Shown here piece by piece: positions 1 to 9,099 of a DNA stretch of 64,000 bases. Source of the DNA: Thaumarchaeota archaeon UBA223 (GTDB lineage Archaea > Thermoproteota > Nitrososphaeria > Nitrososphaerales > UBA57); the NCBI GenBank assembly GCA_002495905.1, contig DAHJ01000025.1, positions 21,995 to 85,994 of the forward strand, given 5' to 3'. The notes below the pieces were generated by a model, which was not told the DNA's origin, ran no database searches, and saw only the letters and a program-made list of their open reading frames with translations. The first letter of the stretch is position 1. Each line of letters begins with the position of its first letter. The translations under genes and the position numbers were made by a program.

Positions 1-1321
1 CGGCGGAGAGATTTTCGACAGTATTATAACCAACAAAATCGGCATTAACAGATTTGCCGACTTTTTTGTTTATTGTTTCTATATCCGAATTTTTTCCAGA
101 TGTATTATAAGCAATTAACTCTTCATGAGTAGGAAAATCTATTCCAGCACGACATGGATGTCTGATAGGAGGATAAGTAACAAGAATTTTAACACTTTTT
201 GCTCCAGAATTACGAAGTGTTTTTACAATAGCCCTAGAACTAATTCCGCGAACTATACTATCGTCGATAACAATTACGTCTTTGCCATCAACTGCGCTTT
301 TTACGGGCATTATCCAACGGTTAATTTTTAGTCTTTCCTTATATTTTGGTTGAATAAAACTCCTCATACTTCCACGCTTAGCATATCTATCTTTCATTAA
401 TCCTTCTACCATAGGAATGCCAGATTTTTCTGAGAATCCAAGAGCTGCAGGACGTGCAGAATCAGGTACTGGAACTACAACATCGCCATTAACGTCATAC
501 ATTTCAGCAAGCATTTGCCCTAATTTACGTCTACTTTCATAAACACTAGTTTGATCAATTACAGAACTAGGATGTGCAAAATAAATATATTCAAATGAAC
601 AATGAGCAGTTCTTTCACCTCGTGAAAATGAATGTGATTCTAATCCTTTATTTGATATTTTTATAATTTCGCCAGGATTAACGTCTCGTGTTAATTCAGC
701 GCCAAGCATTGAAAAAGCGCAACTTTCTGATGAGACAAGATATGTTTTCGATTTTTTATGCCAACCAATACATAATGGTCGAAAACCACGGGTATCTCTG
801 AATGCGTAAATTTCATTATTAGGAGTTAAAATAACAAAACAATAAGCACCTACGAGTTCATCGCATAAGAGTGTAATAGATTTGAACCAATCAAAGTTAT
901 TTGTTTTAAGGATTGTCAATAATCTTTTTCCAACAATAGAAGTGTCATTTATTCGTCTAGGTTTTTTACCTGTAAGTTTTGTATTAACAGAATTAAGATC
1001 GCAAACAGTTCCATTATGTGCTATACAAAATTTCTTGTTGATAGAAAAAGGTTGAGCGTTAGAAAGGGATGTTCCACCCGCAGTAGAATATCTAACATGT
1101 CCAATTGCCACATTAGTTTTCATTTGTTGAAGAACTAAGGCAGATTGATCTAAGTTATCAGTAACAAGTCCATTTTGTTTAAATGGATTCATAGTTGGAG
1201 TGGCAATCCCCCAAGCTTCTTGACCACGATGCTGTAAACCACGTAAACCTATGGTCACCAAAGGAATGACGTCAGTTTTAGAATTAGAAAAGGCAGCAAA
1301 TAAGCCGCATTTTTCTTTCAT
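1..1321 (-). CDS. purF: Amidophosphoribosyltransferase (runs off the window edge; not in ORF track)
   Basis: Manual translation from ATG at 1321 gives MKEKCGLFAAF..., then LQHRGQEAWG, GHVRYSTAG, AHNG, RDTRGFRPL, CSFEYIYFAHP, VPDSAR, VIVDDSIVRG. ATGA overlap with the purL stop. Confidence 0.95.
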   Translation of the reverse strand, partial: MKEKCGLFAAFSNSKTDVIPLVTIGLRGLQHRGQEAWGIATPTMNPFKQNGLVTDNLDQSALVLQQMKTNVAIGHVRYSTAGGTSLSNAQPFSINKKFCIAHNGTVCDLNSVNTKLTGKKPRRINDTSIVGKRLLTILKTNNFDWFKSITLLCDELVGAYCFVILTPNNEIYAFRDTRGFRPLCIGWHKKSKTYLVSSESCAFSMLGAELTRDVNPGEIIKISNKGLESHSFSRGERTAHCSFEYIYFAHPSSVIDQTSVYESRRKLGQMLAEMYDVNGDVVVPVPDSARPAALGFSEKSGIPMVEGLMKDRYAKRGSMRSFIQPKYKERLKINRWIMPVKSAVDGKDVIVIDDSIVRGISSRAIVKTLRNSGAKSVKILVTYPPIRHPCRAGIDFPTHEELIAYNTSGKNSDIETINKKVGKSVNADFVGYNTVENLSA

Positions 1322-3528
1322 ATTTGACCATCCATAAGCTTAGTTAAACTAGCATAAACATAAGATCTAATATAATCAAGATCGCAAGAAAAGAGATTAT
1401 CATCTTTATTAAAAATTTGTAGTTCATGACCTCCAATTGAACCGATTATTGAAACTGGAATATCATGATTGCGAGCTATATTTATAAGATTATTGAAGTT
1501 CTCATTTTTAATTGTTACAAGGAAACGTGAATGAGATTCGGAAAATAATAAGTCGTCCCATCGTTTACAATTAGTAGGAATGGAAGAAAGGTCAATAGAA
1601 GCTCCCATATCGCTAACAGTACACATTTGAAGTAAAGAGTGAATTAAACCGCCTTTTGAGCAATCATTAACAGCTCCAAATAAACCAACTTTAATTCCAT
1701 CACGAACAAGTTTTTGAGCGCGTTTTTCAAGTTCAAAATTCAATTTTGGAGTAAAACCAGATTGTTCAAAGCCTGAAGAAGAATAATATTCTGAACCTCC
1801 AAGTTCGTCAAATGTTTCACCGACCATAACTAACAAAGGTCTAGAATTATTAAATTTTCTAGTACGAAGATTATGTTCTCCTTTTATTAATCCAGCGACT
1901 GAAATTACTGGACTCGGTTTAATTGCTTCATGGGTTTTAGCATCTTCATTGTAAAAACTTACTTTTCCTCCCACGCAAGGAAGTCCAATATAAGAACAAA
2001 AATCGGAAATTGATTTTATGGTTTCGTTAAAAGTCCAAAAGACATCAGAATTACTTGGATTTCCAAATTGTAAATGATCCAACATAGCAATTGGTTCAGC
2101 ACCTACAGAAATTACATTACGCATAGCTTCTGCAACGACACCGGCAGATCCATTATAAGGATCAAGATAACAATGAGAAGGATTTCCATCAACCGAAATG
2201 GCAATAAATTTATCAGGAGCAATTCGAATAACTGAAGCACCAGATTCACCAGGTTTTACTACAGTATTAGTTCCTACTTCATGATCATATTGCTGAAAAA
2301 CCCATGATTTATTTGCAAGGTTGGGAGATGAAAGAACTTTCAATATTGTTTCTTTAATATCAGATGGCAGTTCGGGTTTAGAAATAGATTTATTATCTAA
2401 ATATTTGGGTTTAGTTTTAGGCCAATGAATTAAGGGAGCATTAGCAATTAGTTCTGTAGGTAAATCAACTATGACTTTTCCATTACTATTAATAACAACA
2501 TGCTTTGTATCAGTAACTTTACCAATTACAGAATATTGTAAATTATATTTATCAAAACATTTAGAAATAGTATCAAAATTATCAGGATGCATTATGAATA
2601 ACATTCTTTCTTGAGATTCAGAAATAAGGACTTCATAAGGCTCCATTCCAGATTCACGTAAATGAATTTTTTCAAGGTCTACTTCAACTCCCGTTTTTCC
2701 CATATCACTTACTTCAGACAGGCAACAAGCCAAACCACCGCCTCCTAAATCTTTAAGACCGGATACAAGACCAGTACTCAGAGCATCCATTGTACCCTCG
2801 ATAATTAATTTCTTAATGAAGGGATCAGGGATTTGTACTGCTGAACGATCAGTAGGTTCATCTTCCAAGTCTTTTGATGCGAATGAAGAACCATGAATTC
2901 CATCTCGGCCAGTACTATTTCCCAATAGAACTAGTATATCACCAACATTTTTTGCTTCAGAGAAGATTAATTGTTTCTTTTTTCCCACTCCAATAGATAC
3001 TACGTCAACTAAACAATTGGTATCATAACAAGTGTCAAAAGAAAGTTCCCCTCCTATAGTAGGAATACCAACACAATTACCATAATCTGCAATTCCACGA
3101 ACAACATTCTGCAACAACCAACGATTATTGGGATTAGTGAGATTGCCAAATCTCAATGAATCGAGGACAGCAATAGGACGTGTGCCAATAGAAAGAATAT
3201 CGCGCAATACACCGCCAACTCCAGTAGCAGCCCCTCCATAAGGATCTATAGCAGAAGGATGGTTATGACTTTCGATATGCATAGTTAAGACCTGTCCATT
3301 ATCTACATCCAATACTCCGGCTTCATAGCCTGGTCCAAATAAAACACGTTTGCCTTTAGTAGGAAGAAGTTTTAGAAGTGACTTTGAGGATTTATAGCTA
3401 CAATGTTCAGACCATTGTGCATCAATCATTGAAAGTTCAATATTATTAGGTTTGCGATTAAGTGATTTCTCAACATATTCTAATTCATTATCAGTAAGAG
3501 AATGTTCTACAAATTCAGTTTTGCTCAT
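1318..3528 (-). CDS. purL: Phosphoribosylformylglycinamidine synthase subunit PurL
   Basis: WSEHCSYKSS, ESHNHPS, GAATGVGG, DLGGGGL, SESQERM motifs; pur cluster. Confidence 0.97.
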   Translation of the reverse strand: MSKTEFVEHSLTDNELEYVEKSLNRKPNNIELSMIDAQWSEHCSYKSSKSLLKLLPTKGKRVLFGPGYEAGVLDVDNGQVLTMHIESHNHPSAIDPYGGAATGVGGVLRDILSIGTRPIAVLDSLRFGNLTNPNNRWLLQNVVRGIADYGNCVGIPTIGGELSFDTCYDTNCLVDVVSIGVGKKKQLIFSEAKNVGDILVLLGNSTGRDGIHGSSFASKDLEDEPTDRSAVQIPDPFIKKLIIEGTMDALSTGLVSGLKDLGGGGLACCLSEVSDMGKTGVEVDLEKIHLRESGMEPYEVLISESQERMLFIMHPDNFDTISKCFDKYNLQYSVIGKVTDTKHVVINSNGKVIVDLPTELIANAPLIHWPKTKPKYLDNKSISKPELPSDIKETILKVLSSPNLANKSWVFQQYDHEVGTNTVVKPGESGASVIRIAPDKFIAISVDGNPSHCYLDPYNGSAGVVAEAMRNVISVGAEPIAMLDHLQFGNPSNSDVFWTFNETIKSISDFCSYIGLPCVGGKVSFYNEDAKTHEAIKPSPVISVAGLIKGEHNLRTRKFNNSRPLLVMVGETFDELGGSEYYSSSGFEQSGFTPKLNFELEKRAQKLVRDGIKVGLFGAVNDCSKGGLIHSLLQMCTVSDMGASIDLSSIPTNCKRWDDLLFSESHSRFLVTIKNENFNNLINIARNHDIPVSIIGSIGGHELQIFNKDDNLFSCDLDYIRSYVYASLTKLMDGQI

Positions 3529-3701
3529 TGTTTAAACACCTCATCCTTTATCTGTCTAAGTTCAGTAGCAATTTGTTCTAAAGCCTTGGCGATTCTTATT
3601 TCATTATTGTTACAAGATTCGCAAAAATGTTCGTGACGATGAATTATATTTTTACTCACTGAATCAATTAACTTACATGATTCACAGGAATGTTCGCTCA
3701 T
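3525..3701 (-). CDS. 58-aa putative metal-binding protein with two EHxCESC motifs (not in ORF track)
   Basis: MSEHSCESCKLIDSVSKNIIHRHEHFCESCNNNEIRIAKALEQIATELRQIKDEVFKQ*; ATGA overlaps with both the purQ stop and the purL start. Confidence 0.75.
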   Translation of the reverse strand: MSEHSCESCKLIDSVSKNIIHRHEHFCESCNNNEIRIAKALEQIATELRQIKDEVFKQ

Positions 3702-4411
3702 TCTTTCAACATAACCTCGAGAGATAAGATCATTGAACGAAAGATTCCAATTCCGTCATTAGATGAATATGGACTCAATAAAGAATCAGATGCACGTTCA
3801 GGATGTGGCATCATTCCAAGAACATTACCATCAGAGTTAGAAACTGCTGCAATATTAGATATTGAACCATTAGGATTATTATTCATAGAAGTATTACCGT
3901 CAGAGTCAGAATATCTTAATACAATTTGATTATTTCGTTCAAGTTCTTGAAGTTTATCTTCGCTTACGTAATATCTTCCTTCATTATGTGCAATAGGCAT
4001 TCGAATAATTGAATTGGATTGAAAAGAATTAGTAAAAAGATTATTAGTTTCAACTTTTAGATCAACCCATTTACAAATAAATTTAAGATTGGAATTTGTC
4101 AATAAAGCTCCAGGAAGTAAACCAGACTCGACTAATATTTGGAAACCATTACAAATACCAATAATAGGTTTTCCTTTGAGAGAGAGTTTTTTGAGTTGAT
4201 TAATTACTGGACTATATGCAGCTATAATACCCGCACGTAAACGATCTCCATAAGAAAAACCTCCAGGTAAAACTATTGCATCGTAATTTTCTAAATCAGT
4301 ATTTTTTTCGTGCCAAATTAATGTAGATTCAACATTAAGAATTTCATTAAAAACTCTATAGGTATCAATATCACAATTAGTCCCAGGAAATTGAATAATA
4401 GCGACATTCAA
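3698..4411 (-). CDS. purQ: FGAM synthase glutaminase subunit PurQ
   Basis: FPGTNCD, PGGFSYGD, GICNGFQ, MMPHPER. Confidence 0.97.
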   Translation of the reverse strand: MNVAIIQFPGTNCDIDTYRVFNEILNVESTLIWHEKNTDLENYDAIVLPGGFSYGDRLRAGIIAAYSPVINQLKKLSLKGKPIIGICNGFQILVESGLLPGALLTNSNLKFICKWVDLKVETNNLFTNSFQSNSIIRMPIAHNEGRYYVSEDKLQELERNNQIVLRYSDSDGNTSMNNNPNGSISNIAAVSNSDGNVLGMMPHPERASDSLLSPYSSNDGIGIFRSMILSLEVMLKE

Positions 4412-4412
4412 G

Positions 4413-4679
4413 TCATTCAGTTCCCCGTACCGTACAAGAACTTACTAAAGGATTGTAAAGTCTAAGTTCATCACAAATAACAAGTGCCTTACTTTTAGCG
4501 TCTTCCAGATTTTCTGCCTTAACAATTAATTGGATAACTTTAGATACACTAACTGAAGTAACATAATCAAAATTATTACGTAATAATAAATCCTGTAAGA
4601 TTGTTTCTCCTTCCGGATTACGAAGTTCGGGTTTGGGTGAAATTAATAAGTCAATTTTGAACTCAGAGACTGTTGCCAC
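4413..4679 (-). CDS. purS: FGAM synthase subunit PurS
   Basis: 88 aa, NPEG and LYNP motifs, directly upstream of purQ. Confidence 0.88.
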   Translation of the reverse strand: MATVSEFKIDLLISPKPELRNPEGETILQDLLLRNNFDYVTSVSVSKVIQLIVKAENLEDAKSKALVICDELRLYNPLVSSCTVRGTE

Positions 4680-4733
4680 TTTACCCCAATTAAAATTGGG
4701 AATTAATATAATATATATCTAATGGCAAAACAA

Positions 4734-5573
4734 TCAAATCGCCAAAGAATATATTTTCTGAATATTTTCTTCATCTCCGGAACTTTCATCAATTGGAGTT
4801 TCAAGAATTAATGGAAGGTTTTTGATAGCTCTATGTTTTAAGATTTCCCGGAAACCATCTTCGCCAATGTAACCTTTACCAATGTGCTGATGACGATCCA
4901 ATCCATTACCTATTTCTCCTTTAGAATCGTTCAAATGAACAACTTTCAGATGTTTTAGACCTATGATTTTATCAAATGTTTGGATAGTATTGAGAGCAGA
5001 TTTACGAGAAGATAAATCATATCCTGCTGCAAAAGCATGACATGTATCAAAACAAAATCCAATTCGAGAATTATCTTTAACGTTATCAAAAATATATTTT
5101 AATTCTTCAAATTTAGAACCAACGTTATTTTTTGTTCCTGCAGTGTTTTCTAAGATGATCATAGTTTCATTAGGAACGTCAGATAATGCTGAATTGCAAG
5201 CTTTAATTACTCGTTCAAGTCCATTTTCTAAACCGGTACCAAGATGACTACCAATATGAGTAACAACATATTTAATTCCAAGTTTATTACACCTATCTAA
5301 TTCCGAGCTTAATGTTTTAATAGACATAGCATGAACTTCATCTTTAGGAGATGAAAGATTAGGAAGATAAGGCATATGACAAATTACGTCAGATATATTT
5401 TCAGATATTACTTTATTTTTGAAAGTTATGATATCAGATTCTTTTAAATCAGAATATTTCCAACCTCGTGGATTACGAGTAAAAATTTGAAATGAATTTA
5501 AATCAAGTGATCTAGCCCTATCAATTGATAAATCTATAGAACCTGAAATAGATACATGAACGCCGAGTTTCAT
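4734..5573 (-). CDS. nfo: Endonuclease IV (AP endonuclease 2)
   Basis: GVHVSI, HMPYLPNL, ENTAG, DTCHAFAAG, HLNDSK, DRHQHIG, ILETP. Confidence 0.95.
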   Translation of the reverse strand: MKLGVHVSISGSIDLSIDRARSLDLNSFQIFTRNPRGWKYSDLKESDIITFKNKVISENISDVICHMPYLPNLSSPKDEVHAMSIKTLSSELDRCNKLGIKYVVTHIGSHLGTGLENGLERVIKACNSALSDVPNETMIILENTAGTKNNVGSKFEELKYIFDNVKDNSRIGFCFDTCHAFAAGYDLSSRKSALNTIQTFDKIIGLKHLKVVHLNDSKGEIGNGLDRHQHIGKGYIGEDGFREILKHRAIKNLPLILETPIDESSGDEENIQKIYSLAI

Positions 5574-5582
5574 TTATAATGT

Positions 5583-5870
5583 TTATAATTTCATACCAAA
5601 GCTTTCGGCGAAATCTGCGAAATCAGAATGAGAACGTAAATATTCAATTCCTTTGTGACTTAAAATATATCTTTGATTATTATCAACAGTAATTTGTTCT
5701 ACAAGTCCAGAATCAACAAGTCGGGTAATAATTTTTGTAGCTCGTCCATAAGAAAGATTGGCTTTTTGTATTATGCGAGTAATTCCTAAACCAGATTGTC
5801 CTTCACTTCCATCATTAATAGATGACAGAACATCGGCAACAATTTTAACTTGAGATCTATAAACGGACAT
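5583..5870 (-). CDS. Winged helix-turn-helix protein (archaeal type)
   Basis: YRS..IVADVL, ITRIIQKANLSY, Y.LS.KG.EYL pattern. Confidence 0.8.
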   Translation of the reverse strand: MSVYRSQVKIVADVLSSINDGSEGQSGLGITRIIQKANLSYGRATKIITRLVDSGLVEQITVDNNQRYILSHKGIEYLRSHSDFADFAESFGMKL

Positions 5871-6564
5871 TATTTTCTTCTCCTTTGTATGTATTGAAAC
5901 TACTTACTGGTGTATAAAGCATTATGAATCCAATTAATTTGACTAAAATAGAAGAAATCATTAACGGGCTTAAACCTGAGTAAAATAAGGCTAGCCACCT
6001 TATAAATTCACCGGCAGATAATGCTGCAAATCCAAGAAACATATAGAGAATTGGGCGTTTTTTTGATTCGAGATAAGATAAAAGAGTCTCAAATGAGCCA
6101 TAAAGTAGAAAAACAAATGAAATTGACTTTAGAATAGATAAAACAGAAACAGTAGTTAGAAATCCATATGCAACGGAAACAGCCGAGGCTTTTTGATATG
6201 ACTTGATTCCATGGCCCAAAGCAAGGATAAAGTATCCTAACAATTCAAAAGATGCGGCAATAATGAAGAATAAAGAAGTTAGAGCAATTGATATATTGAA
6301 GAATTCGAATCGGAAATTCAAGATTAGATCCGATTGAAAAGTAAGATTATAGAAAACAGGAAATATATACGTAAATGCAGTTAAGAAGAAACCAATAGTC
6401 AGAGCAATAAAGGAAATAGTTAGTCTAAGAAGTGTAGGACTACGTGTATTTCTATAACCTTCTCGGGATATTCGCATGACACGGTATCCAATAAAAGAGC
6501 CAATAAGATAAAGCAACCCTTCGATTAATTTATATTCCGAAAATAGAAAGTATGATCCTAGCAC
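5857..6564 (-). CDS. Polytopic membrane protein, possibly a sensor paired with the downstream wHTH
   Basis: About 6-7 hydrophobic segments; overlaps the wHTH start by 14 nt. Confidence 0.65.
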   Translation of the reverse strand: MLGSYFLFSEYKLIEGLLYLIGSFIGYRVMRISREGYRNTRSPTLLRLTISFIALTIGFFLTAFTYIFPVFYNLTFQSDLILNFRFEFFNISIALTSLFFIIAASFELLGYFILALGHGIKSYQKASAVSVAYGFLTTVSVLSILKSISFVFLLYGSFETLLSYLESKKRPILYMFLGFAALSAGEFIRWLALFYSGLSPLMISSILVKLIGFIMLYTPVSSFNTYKGEENNVRL

Positions 6565-6600
6565 AATAAGTAATAGATTAGACGATTTATATATCTTAAA

Positions 6601-6846
6601 TCATCGAAATAAAGAATAAACTATTATGATAAAGAGACTGACAATAATCAACAATGGAGAAGTGACAAATGTGAAATTGTTGTTCTTATATACATAAATT
6701 ATAAACCAAGAAATATTTGTTGAAATAAGAAAATTAAATCTTTTTAAAATTTCAGGAAGTAGTACTAAAAATAACCCCATGAGAAGAAAGAAATAGCCAA
6801 TATTTGATATATTGTCAAAACTAATCAACGAGCTATAAATAACCAT
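6601..6846 (-). CDS. Small hypothetical membrane protein
   Basis: 81-aa hydrophobic ORF containing FTFVTSPLLII; fills the gap between genes. Confidence 0.55.
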   Translation of the reverse strand: MVIYSSLISFDNISNIGYFFLLMGLFLVLLPEILKRFNFLISTNISWFIIYVYKNNNFTFVTSPLLIIVSLFIIIVYSLFR

Positions 6847-7013
6847 TAATGAGATATATAATGTTTTACAGGAAATTTATTGGTTTATATATAACAATAA
6901 TACTTATCTATGAAGTTAAGTCCATCATTCCTGTGAGTCGAAGAAGGGAAGACAACTGTTAAACAGGATAGATATTAAGATAAGAGATTTCTCTAAGAAA
7001 AAAGGCGGTAATT

Positions 7014-7319
7014 ATGGAAGTATGTAATAAGTGTGGATTACCAATGGATCTTTGTGTATGCCAGGAACTAGAAAAAGAAGATTCAAGAATCATTGTAAGG
7101 CTAGAAATGAGAAGGTTTAGAAAACCAACTACAATAATTGAAGGACTAGCGTCAAAGAGTACAGATGTTTCAGAAATTGCAAAGAAATTAAAAAATACAT
7201 TAGCTTGTGGAGGTTCTGGAAAAGGAAAATTAGTAATACTTCAAGGAGATCATCGAGATGTATTAAAAGCTCATTTAATAAATCTAGGTTTTAGTGAGTC
7301 TTCCATAGAGGTACAATAA
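7014..7319 (+). CDS. sui1: Translation initiation factor aIF1 (SUI1/YciH)
   Basis: CxxCGLPxDLCVC N-terminus, LACGGS, LQGDHR. Confidence 0.95.
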   Translation: MEVCNKCGLPMDLCVCQELEKEDSRIIVRLEMRRFRKPTTIIEGLASKSTDVSEIAKKLKNTLACGGSGKGKLVILQGDHRDVLKAHLINLGFSESSIEVQ

Positions 7320-7325
7320 AAAAAG

Positions 7326-7535
7326 ATGTTTCAAAAAATTAAAAAAATCATAAATGAACTAATTCAAATAAATAATTTAAAAACTCGAAATAAAGTAACA
7401 AATTCTAAGATAAAAATATGTCCTTCGTGCACATCAAAGTTAGAACCTCTCAATGAGCAATTAGAATGGTTAATGCCGCAAAAATATCTGTGTAAGAAAT
7501 GTAATTATTTAGGAACAGCTTATTTTGAGCAATAA
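7326..7535 (+). CDS. Small Zn-ribbon protein
   Basis: CPSC...WL.P..Y.CKKCNY.G; co-oriented with sui1. Confidence 0.65.
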   Translation: MFQKIKKIINELIQINNLKTRNKVTNSKIKICPSCTSKLEPLNEQLEWLMPQKYLCKKCNYLGTAYFEQ

Positions 7536-7563
7536 TTTAATAGAGGAATAACATATTATCCGC

Positions 7564-7998
7564 ATGGCTAGACCAACTTGGGATATATATTTCATGGAAA
7601 TTGCACAACAAGTATCAAAGAGATCAACATGTGATAGAAAGAATGTTGGAGCAGTAATAGTCAAAGATAAAGTCATACTGTCAACAGGATATAATGGAAG
7701 TATACGTGGAGTAAAGCATTGTGACGAGATTGGTCATCTTATGGAAAATGATCATTGTGTAAGAACAGTTCATGCAGAAGTAAATGCAGTAGCTCAATCA
7801 GCTATGAATGGAACTGAAATTAAGAATTCAAGTATTTATCTTACGGCAAGTCCATGTTGGCCTTGTTTTAAAGTAATTGCAAACAGTGGGATTAAAAGGA
7901 TATATTTTGGAGAGTTTTATAGAGATGAAAAAATATTCAAATTTGCTCAAGAATCAGGTATAGAATTAATAGATATGAGTAAGAAAAATGAAGATTAG
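7564..7998 (+). CDS. dCMP deaminase (ComEB-like)
   Basis: RPTWD.YFM, RSTC, TGYNG, HAEVNA, PCWPC. Confidence 0.92.
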   Translation: MARPTWDIYFMEIAQQVSKRSTCDRKNVGAVIVKDKVILSTGYNGSIRGVKHCDEIGHLMENDHCVRTVHAEVNAVAQSAMNGTEIKNSSIYLTASPCWPCFKVIANSGIKRIYFGEFYRDEKIFKFAQESGIELIDMSKKNED

Positions 7999-7999
7999 T

Positions 8000-8929
8000 C
8001 TATATTTGTAATGCAGATTTTAAGCCTTTGTATCGATTACGAATGGTGACTTCAGTAACACCTGCAGCTTCTGCCACATCTTTTTGTGTTTTACTTTCTC
8101 CTTCCATGACACAAGCAACATACAATGCAGCTGCGGCAAGACCCATTGGATCTTTTCCAGCAGAAGTTCTAGTATCTTCAGCTTTACGTAGAATTATTAA
8201 AGCACTTCTTTTAGTTTTTTCAGATAAACCAGCCTTACTAGCAATTCTAGAAACACATTTTGTAGGATCTACAACAGGCATTCTCAAATCCATTTCACGG
8301 AGTAATAACCGGTAGCATCTTGCAATGTCTTTTTTCTTGATATTACATGCAGCGGCAACATCTTTTAATGTTCTAGGTGTTTCAGTATCACGACAAGCAG
8401 CATAAAGTGAAGCAGCAATAAGTGCAGAGATTGAACGACCTCGTACAAGACCCTTTTCAAGAGCTTTACGGTAAATATAAGCGGCTTTTTCAATAACAGC
8501 ATCACTAAGATTTAATTTATCAGCTAATCGATCTAATTCACTAAATGCTTGTCTAAGATTACGATCAACTGGTTCATGTACTTGACTTCTTCCATCCCAA
8601 GTACGTAATCTTTCAATTGCAGCTTTCATAGAAGCAGGTAATGATCTACCTGCGGCATCTCGGTCTTCAGCACCAATAACGGTAGCTAACCCCATATCAT
8701 GCATTGCGAGTGAAGATGGAACACCAGTTCGTGCTCGATCATCTTTTTCTTCTTTAGAAAATGCTCTCCATTCAGGACCTTCTTCTTCAATTTTATCTAC
8801 AATAACATAACCACAGTTACTACAATTCATTTCACCGCCAGAAGAGTCTACGACAATTGGACCTTTGCCACAACGCGTACAGCGATCTATTTTCGTGCTT
8901 TTTGGTAACGAACCTAATTCTTCTTTCAT
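8000..8929 (-). CDS. tfb: Transcription initiation factor IIB
   Basis: N-terminal Zn ribbon, GPEWRAF, two cyclin repeats, GKDP.GLAAAALY, VTEVTIRNRY. Confidence 0.97.
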   Translation of the reverse strand: MKEELGSLPKSTKIDRCTRCGKGPIVVDSSGGEMNCSNCGYVIVDKIEEEGPEWRAFSKEEKDDRARTGVPSSLAMHDMGLATVIGAEDRDAAGRSLPASMKAAIERLRTWDGRSQVHEPVDRNLRQAFSELDRLADKLNLSDAVIEKAAYIYRKALEKGLVRGRSISALIAASLYAACRDTETPRTLKDVAAACNIKKKDIARCYRLLLREMDLRMPVVDPTKCVSRIASKAGLSEKTKRSALIILRKAEDTRTSAGKDPMGLAAAALYVACVMEGESKTQKDVAEAAGVTEVTIRNRYKGLKSALQI

Positions 8930-9099
8930 TATAATTTCACCATTTTTTTTGTTTTTAATATTTAAGCATTTTTATACTTAATACTTCCGGTTAGATGTAG
9001 ATGTAATATTTAAACTTTATTATAGATACCGATTATGATAATGTAACGTATTGTATAATAACATATTTAGAAGAATAGATGATACGTTACTCGTAAATA

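Noticed and set aside
125..331. 68-aa plus-strand ORF
   Set aside because: It is antisense to purF, which occupies 1-1321 on the minus strand.
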